From NCBI RefSeq assembly GCF_000143415.4, contig NW_003314296.1, positions 1,339,858 to 1,403,857 of the forward strand: 64,000 nucleotides of DNA. The letters run 5' to 3'. This DNA comes from Selaginella moellendorffii (taxonomy: Eukaryota > Plantae > Lycopodiophyta). The notes under the pieces are model-generated. The model was not told the origin of the DNA. It made no database searches and saw nothing but the letters and a program-made list of their open reading frames with translations. Position numbers and translations under genes: made by a program. Positions 24,273 through 36,447 of this stretch are shown in pieces. Each line of letters opens with the position of its first letter. The stretch's first letter is position 1.

Positions 24273-27200
24273 CTAAACAAGGTCAGGAGAATGAATCAGG
24301 TTGTTCGCAGGTTCCCAAGTGCGTTCCTCAGGTCTGTAACCCTTCCAGTCGACCAGATAGTAGAGTTTAGATCGTGAAATCTTGGAATCAAGGATGTCCT
24401 GAACCTCGTACTCAGACCCATCCTCGAGCTGCACTGGTGGAGGCGGAGGAATGACCCGATGTGGAATAGGACTGGGAATATAAGGCTCAAGGAGAGAGGA
24501 GTGAAAAACGGGCTGAATTTGATATGAGGAGGGAAGTGCAAGGCGATAAGTGATAGGATTAATGATGGCAGTGATAGGGAAAGGACCGAGGCGTTTGAAA
24601 TCGAGTTTTGGACAGGGCCTGGTGGTGGAGATATTTCGCCTGAGGAGCCAGACTTTATCCCCAATATTGTAAGGGGGACAATCCTGATGATGGACATTGG
24701 CAAATGTTTTGTGAGATTTCTGAGCACGATGGAGGTGGAAGGAGATGGAGTTGTGGATTTCCTGGAGGTTGGAGAGAAATGCCTCAGAGCGGGGATTTGA
24801 ACGAGAGGATTCAGATGGAGAAGGAAGTGAAAGATTGAATCGGGGATTTCGGCCAGAGTTCGCAAAGAAGGGGGAAACTCGAAGAAAGGAGTGAACAGAG
24901 TTGTTATAGGAGAACTCAGCAAGGGGAAGGATATTGAACCAGTTATCCTGATGATAGTTGATGAAGCACCTCAAGAATTGTTCCAACGTCTGAATCGTTC
25001 GCTCGGACTGTCCATCAGTTTGAGGATGATATGCCGAAGAGAGGTTGGCCTTCACTCCAAGCAGCTGCAAAAACCATTGCCAGAAATGAGAGATGAACTG
25101 AGGCCCCCGATCCGAAACCACATCTGTAGGAATCCCATGAAGTCGGAAAATTTCCCTGAATACTAGTTTTGCCATGTCCTCGCCCGAAAATTCCTTGGTA
25201 CACGGCAAGAAGTGCGCCATCTTTGTGAAGCGATCCACCACGACTAAAATACTGTTGAAGCCTCCAGAACTCGGAAGATCACTCAAGAAATCCATGGAGA
25301 TGGATTCCCAAGGACCTGAAGGGACCGGGAGGGAACGAAGCAAACCTGAAGGAAGGTGGCGAGGTACCTTATTCCGGGCACAAGTGTCACAGGAGGTAAC
25401 AAAAGCTTTGATGTAGTCGTCCATGTGAGGCCACCAAAAGTCCCGTGCAACTAGCTCATAGGTTTTCACAATGCCGAAGTGACCAGCAGTCGGGCTATCG
25501 TGGCACGCCATCAGGACCAACCTTCGAGCATCACCTTCAGGAACGTAAAGCTGCTCCCCACGGTACAATAAGCCATCTAAGAACTCGAACTCGTCAAATT
25601 GCCGGCAATCGGGAATCACTGGGTGTCCAGCCTGAAGATGGGTGAAAATATCGCTGGCGAGGTCATCGGATTGGAGATCGTTTCTGATCGCATCCATCAA
25701 GGAGGAGTCCTGAGGGGCCAAGGAAATTGCCATAACTTGAAGCCGATCAGGACTGAGGATAACTTGATCCTGTTGATCGAAGGCAGGATTACCAGGCTTG
25801 AGACTGAGATAGGAGCGCCTTGAAAGAGCATCAGGAAGGCCTTGAAGCTTTCCAAGTCTGTACTTGATAACAAAGTCAAACCGACTCAGGAATTGTGCCC
25901 ACCTTGCTTGACGACGGCTCAAAACTCGGGAAGTGGCAAAGTACTCGAGATTTTTGTGATCCGTCCAGACTATTGTTTGATGGTCCGCCCCCTCCAAGAA
26001 ACGGCGCCACTCTCCAAAGGAATCCACGATGGCAAGGAGCTCCTTGTCGTGGATTTCGTAATTAATCTCTGCAGGTTGGAATTTCTGAGAATGGAAAGCG
26101 ACTGGATGAAGTTCGTGATCTGCTCCGAGTTGAGACAGCACAGCACCAATAGCAAAGTCGGAGGCGTCAGCCTCGATGAAGAAAGGTTGTGAGGAATCAG
26201 CATAGATCAAGACGGGAGCAGAACTGAAGGCTGCCTTGAGTGTGTCGAAGGCCTGCTGGGCAGTAGCAGACCAAGAGAAGGGAACATCCTTACGAGTGAG
26301 ATGCGTGAGAGGAAGGACAATGTCAGAGTAGTGATCAATGAATTTGCGGTAGAAGTTGGCGAAGCCAAGGAAAACCTGAACGTCCGACATTGATTGTGGA
26401 GGCTCCCATTCGAGAATAGTCTTGACTTTGGCAGGATCCATCGTGATACCCTTAGGAGTGACAATGTACCCAAGGAACTCCACAAACTGCTGATCAAAGG
26501 AACATTTCTCAAGCTTCGCGTATAGGCCGTGTTCTCGCAGCTTCGCTAGCACCTTGCGTACATGTTTATCGTGCTCCTCCTGAGTTTTTGAGTAGATGAG
26601 GATGTCATCAAGGTAGACGATCACCATCTGATCAAGAAACTCCCAAAAGACGTCGTTCGCCATGTGTTGGAAAACTGTTGGAGCATTTGTCAAGCCAAAT
26701 GGCATGACAGTGTACTCGAAGTGGCCATAGTGGGTTCGGAACACAGTCTTCCATTCATCAGCAGGCCGGATCCGGATCAGGTTGTATGCTCCACGAAGGT
26801 CGATCTTGGTGAAGAAGCGGGCACCGCCGAGGCGTTCCAACAGGTCCGAGATCAAGGGAAGCGGATAACAGTTCCGAACAGTCACCTTGTTCAAACCTCA
26901 GTAGTCGATGACTAGCCACAAGCTCCCATCCTTCTTCTTGACAAAGAAGACAGGCGCTCCAGCCGGGGACTGCGAATGCTGAATGTAGCCCAAGGCAAGG
27001 TTCTCATCCACGTACTCTTTGAGGGCCTTAAGCTCAGACGGGGATAACCCGTAGATAGGCCCCCACGGAGGTGATGCTCCTTCCTGTAAATCAATGGGGC
27101 AATCATAAGGCCGATGAACAGGCAGTACACTAGCTTTTTTCTTGTCAAACACATCCCCAAAATCATGATACTTCTCAGGAAGACTGACAGGAGAAACATG

Positions 27201-27908
27201 CAAAGCAAAAAGGAAAAGAGGTTCTTCATGAAGGAGTTCTTTCATAGTGATTGTGGAGATAGGAGGAGGCGTACGACTAAATGGAATGATGAGACGAGGA
27301 TACGGTCCAGTGTAAGATGGAAGAGAGGAAAAAGAAGAGGGTGAAAACTTTGTAGAGTCAGGAACAGAACCCCGATTTGAGTTTAGGGAACTTTTCCTGA
27401 TTCGGACTCGATGAACAGCAGGGGAAGCCATGGGAGAGATGAGCTGTAATTCCTTCCAACAGATCTGAGGCTGATGTAGTTGGAACTAGGGAAGACCAAG
27501 CACCACAGAGGAGGACTTGCTGTTGATGATGTTGAAGGCGATATCGGTGACGGTGGACCCGATGTGTACTCGAACGGGCAACGTTTCCCTAAGTCCAGAA
27601 GATGGAGACACAAAATGCCCGCCGATGCCTTCAACCCTCAAATCCCGTATGGTAGGAGAAAGAGGAACGTGATGTCGGGCAGCAAAGTCCGTGTCCATGA
27701 AGCAGGAAGTTGCACCCGAGTCCAGTAGCGCCAGAGCCTTGAGTCCTGATTGTCCGGTGAAAGAAAGGAGACATGGGACGCGGAAGTTGCGGGAATTGGT
27801 GGTGGCTTTGATGAAAGGTGGTGAGGAGCTTGATAAAGAAGAAAAGTGATTTTTATTCGGGGAGTCCAAACAGACAGCTCCCACTCTGTTTGGACAGGGT
27901 CGTTTCCC
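24273..27908 (-). pseudogene. pol: pol of element C (protease, RT, RNase H, integrase, chromodomain) with in-frame stops
   Basis: Motifs LLDSGA, YLDD, EADASD, HDSP..GH, SDRG, YHPQTDGQSER and EYEV..YLVDWKGY..TWEP. Stop codons at ~27486, ~26895 and 24273. Confidence 0.92.
27860..27908 (-). promoter_or_regulatory. -1 ribosomal frameshift signal (G GGA AAC plus H-type pseudoknot)
   Basis: The heptamer is in the reconstructed gag frame, and the -1 frame is the pol frame. Stem GTCCAAACAGA/TCTGTTTGGAC; loop GGGAG can pair with the downstream (C)TCCC. Confidence 0.8.
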
Positions 27909-29495
27909 GACTACAATAGAGGTGGACTTTGAGGCAGAGTGAACTCGAACAGTCGGGGAGGCTTTGTAAGCCACAAATTTTTCCTTTCCAATTTGCCAGC
28001 TTACCTCGTCTATCCGTCCAACACTGCCTTGGCTTTTGCTAAGTTCCCTTGCCAAGGTTCTCGCCTATGGTACCAGCTCCTACTTGGTTTCAGCTACTCA
28101 CTGCACGAGCAACGGAGTGTTAGCCATCCTTCCACGGATTCCCAAATCACTCCCAATCCCCCTCCCCGGGTTAGACTGGACTTAAGGTTCGGCTACACTC
28201 CCCGCAAGCACAAGCAGCCAAGCACACCAAGCTTCCAGGTTCCTAACTTCCCTTGGTACCACAAGACTTGTTCATGGGACCCTCTAAATCCCAAGTCTTG
28301 AGTGCAACACTTGCTTCGGGACGCCGGGGCGAAACACCGTGGCCTAACGGCCCGGCATGGGTACCTCTCGCCCCCCACTTCCATCCCGAAGGAAGGCCCA
28401 AGCCCCTAGGAAGGGCGAGGACCAATGAGCCGCATGGTACTCAAGTGGGGCACCACTCCACATGAGCCGGGAGCACCGCAATCGGTTTCCCTTTCGGGAG
28501 TGGGAGCTGCTCTTGAGCACTTCCTTGGATGGCCCCTCCGGCACCAACCAAGTCCATGCTCACTCCCACCCAAGGCCCCTCGGTCCCAGTCCCAACCTCA
28601 AGTCAGTTTGGGAGCCCCACTGGAGAGTCCCTTCTAAACTGGTTCCTGGACCTCACTATCCCTACTATACTTTTGGAACCCCCTGCAGCCCCCCCCCCCT
28701 AGGGGACGCACGCTTTGGGCTTTCACCCCTTGACCCGTATTAGTATTTGGACTTAGTCTCTGGCTCGATCTCGGATCCGATTTCGGATCCGACTTCGGAT
28801 TCGGTCTCGGACTCGATCGCGGACTCGATCTCGGACCCGATCTCGGGCCCGACCTCGGACTCAACTTCGGACTCGGTCTCGGACCCGATTTCGGATCTCG
28901 GACTCCGTCTCGAACTCGGTCTCGAACTCGGACTCGAACTCGGTCCCCGAGTCGGTCTTGGACTCGATTCCGGACTCTATCTCGAACTCGGTCCTAGAGT
29001 CGGTCTTGGACTCGATCTTTGACTTGGTCCCATCCGATGAACTCTTTGTCATTTTGGTCATGCTTTCGGGGTTCCCTTAGCCTACGACACCTCGGCGAGT
29101 TGGTTCCTTACAACTCCACCACCCATAGAAGAAGTTCGATGCCCACATCGAACGTCTCTTTTTTATCCTACGACTTGTTGACCATGTCTCCGGGGGCATC
29201 CCCCCACTTAGCGGTGTGCCTAAGTTAGCCTCCCCGGCCAAGAGCTCATGACAACGGAATATAGGTGTCCCTATACTCCACCCCTCACCACGCCCTAGTA
29301 TGGGGTCGGGACTTGAACCCAGCCTTGCTTTACTAGGGGGTTGGGACTCGAACCCAACCTCCGTAGAATACGTCTACGGATTCGACATCCCCCCCTACGC
29401 CTGGTTGACCTAGCTAACCCATGCTAATTAGCTTACCTTCGGCGCGCCTTCGGGTCCCAACATATGCCATTGCTCAACTTCTCAAATTGATACTT

Positions 29496-32400
29496 TTAAT
29501 TGAGCTTTGCATAAGTACATAGAGTTCTGCCATGCAGAAATTCCTCCACTAGATCTCGCGCGTTCGCTAGGTTCTCCTCCGGTTCCCATGTTGCTTCGCA
29601 GTGTGGAAATCCTTTCCACTTCACATGGAACTCTCTCACCTCGCGTCCTTGTCGCTTGCTCTTGCGCGCATTGAGGATGGCCTCGACTTCGTATTCCTCC
29701 TCCCCTTGGATAACCTCAGGTAAAGGTCTTACTTGGTCCTTGCGAAGCGGATCCTCAAAATACGGCTTGAGTAAGTTCACGTGGAACACGGGATGCATCT
29801 TCCCCATCTCTCGAGGAAGTCGGAGACGGTAAGCCACTTTACCGATTCGAGCCTCAATCTCGTAAGGCCCCGCGAACCTGCTTAAGGAACTCAAGATCAA
29901 TTCATTTACAGGAATACATGCATTTTTACCTTTGGGTCAACTTCCGGCTGATCCCACTTGGTAGCCTGAGGTTCTTGGTGTTCAGCCACACCTTCTCCCC
30001 AGCTTGGATCTCCACATCTCGACGCTTTTGGTTCGCGTACTTAGTTTGCCTTTGTTGAGCCCGTTCCAAGGAATCCCTCACTAGATTCCAAATGTTGAGT
30101 CTTTCCGCCGTGAATGCCTCCACTGCGGGTAACTCTCCATGATACTCGGCCATGCCGAGTTCCACAGGACCTTCAATAGCTCGCCCATTGATGACTTCCC
30201 ATGGACTCACCCCGATGCTCGAATGTGGTGAGTTGTTATAACACATTTCCGCAAGTCCCAAATGACTTACCCAGTCGGTCTGGTCTCCCGAGACATAGCA
30301 TCGCAAATAATCCTCCAGCTGCCTATTCACCCTTTCTGTTTGTCCGTCTGTCAAGAAGTGTTAGTGCCATCAATCTTGACTCAATACCCATTACCTGTCT
30401 GTGGGTGATAGGCCGTGCTGAATTTCAACTTGGTGCGATACTGTTCTAGGAGTGTCCTCCAGAACCTACTGGTGAAGATCTTATCTCGATCTGAGATAAT
30501 CTCTTCCGGCCTTCCCCGCACTCGAACCACTTGTTCGAAGAACAGCTTCGCCACACCTTCCGCATCCACATCCGTTGTGGTGGGTATGAAATGTGCCATC
30601 TTTGAAAATCGGTCCACCACCACGAATATCGCATCGAACCCCTCGCTTGGGGGTAGTCCCGTGATGAAGTCCATCGTGAGACATTTCCACGGACGATCTG
30701 GAATGGGGATGCTTTGCAACAAGCCCCCACTAGCCTTCGTCACGGCTTTGACCTGCTGACATGTTGGACATGTCTTTACATAGTCTTGGACGTCCTTAGC
30801 CATATCTGGCCAGTGATACTTCCTTTTGAGTAAGCCCATCGTCTTGGGCACTCCGCCGTGTCCCGCGAGAGGTCCGTCATGACACTCTTCCAAGGCTACC
30901 TTCCTTAGTTCCCCTTCTGGAACATACACCCTCGTTTGCTTGTAATATATGAGTCCGTTGCGTTCCGCATAGCCCGTTTTCTCTTCCGTTGGCAGCTCAC
31001 CTCTCTGGTGAGCTTCCCGCGCCTCCAGATTCCTCAGCAACACTTCTTGTGCTAGACCATCACTCTCGTATGCGGTCCGCACATCGTCCCAAAAGGTTGC
31101 TGTCGCGCTAGATATCGCCAACTTCAAGCTCGCTTTTCGACTGAGCGCATCTGCCACGATGTTGCTCTTCCCAGGCTTGTACAGGATCTCGCAATCAAAC
31201 TCGGCCAAAGCATTGGCCCACCGACCTTGTTTTCCCCTTAGGTCGGGCTGTGACAAGAAGTGTTTCGTTGCCACATTGTCCGTGTAAACCTTGAAGTGTC
31301 TCCCAAGGTAGTGTCGCCACTCCTTGAGCGCCTTGACCACCGCAAACAATTCCTTCTCATGGGCAGGCCACTTCCGTTGAGCCTTGTCCAGCTTCTTCGA
31401 GAAGAACGCTACTGGATGGTTGTCTTGCTTCAAAACTGTGCCCAACGCAAAGTCCGAAGCATCCGTGTCTACCTCAAAGTCTTTACCAAAGTCTGGTAAG
31501 GCCAACACCGGAGCCTTCCTCAACTTCCCTTTGAGGTGGACGAATGCTGCCTCGCATTCCGCTGTCCATACCATCTTCCCTTTTCCTGTTTGGTCCGTTA
31601 AGGGCAAGGCTACTCTCGAATAGTGTCTGATAAACTTTCGATAGTAGTTGCATAGCCCCAGGAACGCCCTCAACTCATGTACATTCGATGGCCGTTCCCA
31701 TTCCTGGATCGCTTGGACCTTCTCCGGGTCCACCTTGAGCCCGTCCTGGCCCACCACATGCCCGAGAAACTTTACCTCTTGTTGAGCAAAGTCACATTTG
31801 CTCTCTTTAGCATACAGTTTGTGTTCCCTTAGTTTCTCAAACACCTTCGCCAAGTGTTCGGCATGCTCCTCTAGCGTCTCGCTATAGATCAGGATGTCGT
31901 CAATATAGACGACCACGAAGCGATCCAGATAGGGTACAAAGATGTGGTTCATCAACGCCGAAAACGTTGCCGGCGCATTGCACAGCCCAAAGGGCATCAC
32001 CAAAAACTCAAAGCTCCCATACCTCGTTCGACAGGTTGTCTTCTCGACATCTTCCTCAGCTACCCTGATCTGGTAGTATCCTGACCTTAGGTCAATCCTC
32101 GAGAAGTATTTTGCCTTTCCCAACCTATCGAACAGGTCCTCGATCCTTGGCAAAGGGTACTTGTTCTTCTTGGTATACTTGTTGAGCAACCGGTAGTCTA
32201 TGCACATGCGCATAGATTCATCTTTCTTTTTCACAAATAGCACCGGCGCCCCATACGGCGACTTGCTCAACCTAACATACCCTTTGTCCACCAACTCCTC
32301 TAGTTGGCTCTTGAGCTCCTTGAGTTCTTTTTCATTCAATCGATAGGGTGGACGAACCACCGCCTCAGCACCCTCGACCAGCTCAATCTTATGTTCTATC

Positions 32401-34268
32401 GGTCGTGCGGGGGGCAACCCTGCCGGTAGCTCCTCCGGCATCGTATCCTGGAATTGGTCCAACACCTGCTGGATCACTAAAGGTACTTCTTCCGTTCTTG
32501 TCTTTTTGTCACTCTTCACCGAGAGTAAGCACAAAAAGGCTGCCTTAGTTCCTTTAGTGAGTTGTCCTCTCGTGGACACCAGGTTTAAGCATGACTCTTT
32601 GGCCTTGCTTTGCCCTACCTTTAGATCCTGGGCCTCCACCCTAGATCTTCTTCCTTGGGCATTCGCCAATACCACAAGGTTCCTACCTTGTCCATGTAGG
32701 GCTACCACGAACCGATTAAACCAATCCATTCCGAAGATCACGTCAAATCCCGCCATGTCCAAGACGGTGAAATCCATGTCCACTTTCCATGTCCCCACTT
32801 CGACTCTCGCTTGTCGAAGTACCTCATCGGTGCTTTGGCTACCTTGAACAAACTCTATAGTCCTTGGTTCGCCTAGCCGCTGCACCGTTAGTCCGGCTTG
32901 CCGGACTATGTCTGCAGCCACAAAATTATCCGAAGCACCCGTGTCAATAAGGATCTTAACAAAGCTACCTCCGAGCTTCCCTCGGAGGGCTAGTAGATGT
33001 CGCGAACGACTCTCTACCAAAGTTGCTCGTGTAATGAGTAACTTTGAGTTAGGGACTGGATCACATACCTCAGTTTGGATTTCACCCGACTTGATGGCCA
33101 TATTGGCTCTGGCCTTCTTCGGGTAGGGACATTCCCTCGAGAAGTGTCCCGCTTCGCCGCAGTTATAGCATACGTTGTTGCCCACGCTGCTATACGACTT
33201 GACCTTCTTATCCGTGGGTTTGTCTTTTTTCGCTTGACTTCCCCACGTACTCGCTCGCTGGCCACCGGATTTGCCTTTCCGGAACCCCGAGGACTCATTC
33301 TTAGAGAAACTCTTCTTGAATTTCCCCTTGCTATATGTTCCCCTCGGTTTGGCCCCTTTGTGAAATGTGGATCCCGACCCCGTCGTGTTCCCCTTTCGCA
33401 GGTTATCGTTGAAATGCACCTTGATGGCCGCATCCAACGCTTCCTTGTAGTTGGTCGGGTTCCAGCGCATCACCTCACCGCGAGCCCAGGTTTGCAAACC
33501 TGATATAAAGGCATGGAACGCATCCATATCCCCCATGTCCGTGACAAGTATCCTCTTTGCCATGAACCCATTCACATATTCCTGGATGGTTCCAGTTTGC
33601 TTCAGCCTACTCAACTCATCTCTCAGATGCAGAGTGGCATTCGGAGGAACGTATGTCGCGCGGATCCTCGCCTTCATCATGTCCCAGGTGGCCACCGGTC
33701 CTTCGTTGGCCTCCGTTGTTCTCCACCAAGACTTGGCATTATCTGCCAAGTATGGTTTTGCACATGGGACCTTCTCCGAGCTCGGTAACCGCAACGCTCG
33801 GAAGTAGTCCTCCATATCGTAAAACCAATCCTCCACAACCTTATAGTCGTTCACTCCCTTGAACACCGGTGGGGGCTTTGGTTTGTACTTGGGAACTGCC
33901 TGAGGGACTGATTCCACTTCGGTCTGTTCGACCTTGTCTGGTTTTGCCTCAGTCCCTGCCGAAGGGTCCGCACCTTCTGCGCTGCCAGCATCCGCAGTCT
34001 TTCGCTTTTTCTTCCGCTTCTCGTCACGCTTTAACTTGCGTACGAGAGTCTCCAGCAGGGCATTGGTCTGTGCCAACTGTCCTTCTAGCACGTCCAATCG
34101 AGCCTTGGACGACCGAACCTCGCCACCGGACTCCTGTTTGGAAGTTTCCTCACTGGAGTCCTCCTCATGCAAGGATTCCTCATCCATAGCCTCTTGTTCA
34201 ACCGGAGGCTCCAGCTCCGGCGGAGGTTCCGTCTCCGCCTGGGTTTGCTTACGCCCTGCCCTTGCCAT
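29496..34268 (-). CDS. gag-pol: Gag-Pol of element B, spliced: exons 34268-30395, 30347-29930 and 29877-29496 (1557 aa)
   Basis: Gag, CCHC knuckle [20 protein letters not shown] protease, YIDD RT, RNase H, HHCC/DDE integrase, GPY motif and chromodomain. Removing two GT-AG segments gives YHPQT|DGQTER and KLTQR|FAGPY in frame. Confidence 0.88.
29878..29929 (-). other. Predicted 52-nt spliceosomal intron in the integrase C-terminus
   Basis: AAG|GTAAAAATGC...TTCCTTAAGCAG|G; AT-rich; removal restores the frame. Confidence 0.8.
30348..30394 (-). other. Predicted 47-nt spliceosomal intron in the integrase core
   Basis: CAG|GTAATG...CACTAAC...TTCTTGACAG|AC; contains a CTAAC branch-site motif; removal restores the frame. 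Confidence 0.82.
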
Positions 34269-35475
34269 CTCCCAGCAATCCGCCTCTATCCTTCGCTAGA
34301 ACTGAGATAAAAGCTCCGATACCAAATTGTAAGCCACAAATTTTTCCTTTCCAATTTGCCAGCTTACCTCGTCTATCCGTCCAACACTGCCTTGGCTTTT
34401 GCTAAGTTCCCTTGCCAAGGTTCTCGCCTATGGTACCAGCTCCTACTTGGTTTCAGCTACTCACTGCACGAGCAACGGAGTGTTAGCCATCCTTCCACGG
34501 ATTCCCAAATCACTCCCAATCCCCCTCCCCGGGTTAGACTGGACTTAAGGTTCGGCTACACTCCCCGCAAGCACAAGCAGCCAAGCACACCAAGCTTCTA
34601 GGTTCCTAACATCCCTTGGTACCACAAGACTTGATCATGGGACCCTCTAAATCCCAAGTCTTGAGTGCAACACTTGCTTCGGGACGCCGGGGCGAAACAC
34701 CGTGGCCTAACGGCCCGGCATGGGTACCTCTCGCCCCCCACTTCCATCCCGAAGGAAGGCCCAAGCCCCTAGGAAGGGCGAGGACCAATGAGCCGCATGG
34801 TACTCAAGTGGGGCACCACTCCACATGAGCCGGGAGCACCGCAATCGGTTTCCCTTTCGGGAGTGGGAGCTGCTCTTGAGCACTTCCTTGGATGGCCCCT
34901 CCGGCACCAACCAAGTCCATGCTCACTCCCACCCAAGGCCCCTCGGTCCCAGTCCCAACCTCAAGTCAGTTTGGGAGCCCCACTGGAGAGTCCCTTCTAA
35001 ACTGGTTCCTGGACCTCACTATCCCTACTATACTTTTGGAACCCCCTGTAGCCCCCCCCCCCTGGGGGACGCACGCTTTGGGCTTTCACCCCTTGACCCG
35101 TATTAGTATTTGGACTTAGTCTCTGGCTCGATCTCGGATCCGATTTCGGATCCGACTTCGGATTCGGTCTCGGACTCGATCGCGGACTCGATCTCGGACC
35201 CGATCTCGGGCCCGACCTCGGACTCGACTTCGGACTCGGTCTCGGACCCGATTTCGGATCTCGGACTCCGTCTCGAACTCGGTCTCGAACTCGGACTCGA
35301 ACTCGGTCCCCGAGTCGGTCTTGGACTCGATTCCGGACTCTATCTCGAACTCGGTCCTAGAGTCGGTCTTGGACTCGATCTTTGACTTGGTCCCATCCGA
35401 TGAACTCTTTGTCATTTTGGTCATGCTTTCGGGGTTCCCTTAGCCTACGACACCTCGGCGAGTTGGTTCCTTACA

Positions 35476-36353
35476 GGCTTCTTGGGACATACAGTTGCTT
35501 TGTGATTAGGATCAGCACAATAGAGGCAAAGATTATGAGATATTCGACGTTGCTTCTCAGCAGGACTCAACTTCCCTCTAATGAGTCGGGGAGTACCAGA
35601 AATATCCATCGGAACCGGAGCAGTAGGTTCAGGAGTATGCCCCGAAGACTCAAGCTGGGATTCCTGAGTCTGGGATGGAAAAACAGCGGCGCGGCGACTT
35701 TCCTGACGACGTTCAAAGAGACAATTGTCACATCGAACAGCTTTGTTGATGGCGTCCGACAGGTCCTTGGGATCCTCCATGGTGAGCAACAAATCCTTGA
35801 CACCGTTGTTGAGGCCGAAACAAAATTGGTCAATCAGGGCCCGCTCATCCCACTGAGTGTCCAAAGCAAGGAGTTGGAACTCTGCAGTGTAGATCGAGGC
35901 AGGACGAGACCCCTGAGAGAGACGTCTCATCTTTGTGGTAGCAGCCCGAACCCGATCCGTCTCGCCAAAACATGCTTCGAGCTTCTCTTTGAACAATTGG
36001 AGATCCATCAGCTTCGGAACCACGACCCCTTTCATGCTCTTCTCCAGAAGAGGAGAAAACCATGACAAAGCTGCACCTTCGAGCAACGTCCCAATCGCGC
36101 CGATTTGGGACTCGGGAGTGGGGTACTGCCGATGTTGAAGTGCGAAGATCAACTCCATCTGGTTCAGGAATCCACGAAGCTCCGAACGCTTGCCTGAAAA
36201 TTTCACCGGGAAACTCACCTTGCTGGATCCTTGAGCCGAAAGTGAAGCAAGCTCCTGCTGCATGCAAAGAAGGGTCGCCTTCAGCTCGGTATTCTCAGAC
36301 TGGATTTTTGCAAGGACTTCAGCAAAGAAATCAGGATGGCTTGGAGACTCCAT
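35476..36353 (-). pseudogene. gag: gag of element C (sushi/PEG10-like), cut by the B insertion
   Basis: Motifs PVKFSG..LRGFL, LEGAALSWF, LSQG..YTAEF, PVPMDI and LCLYCADPNHKATVC. Confidence 0.88.
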
Positions 36354-36433
36354 CGGCAAGAAGAAAGAAAAAAGGGGGAAAAAAGGCAAAGGTAATCAAC
36401 CAATCAAAACGAGCTAAATAAAAAAAACAAAAA

Positions 36434-36447
36434 ACAATCTGAATCAA
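36434..36447 (-). promoter_or_regulatory. Self-priming PBS complementary to LTR segment 36540-36553
   Basis: TTGATTCAGATTGT lies 2 nt inside the 5' LTR boundary. It is the exact complement of ACAATCTGAATCAA, located ~31 nt downstream of TATATATA. There is no TGG tRNA-type PBS. Confidence 0.8.

Larger units (their letters stand above)
27965..35475 (-). mobile_element. Young Ty3/gypsy chromovirus B (possibly Galadriel-like)
   Basis: 1148-bp LTRs at 27965-29112 and 34328-35475 (~6 differences), TSD GGCTT. PBS TGGTATCGGAGC 34324-34313, PPT ATGGGTGGTGGAGT 29126-29113. Confidence 0.95.

Noticed and set aside
29465-29535. Third intron at the end of B pol (AT-rich tract flanked by ATGGCA repeats)
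   Set aside because: The chromodomain is already complete and no frame restoration supports specific splice sites.
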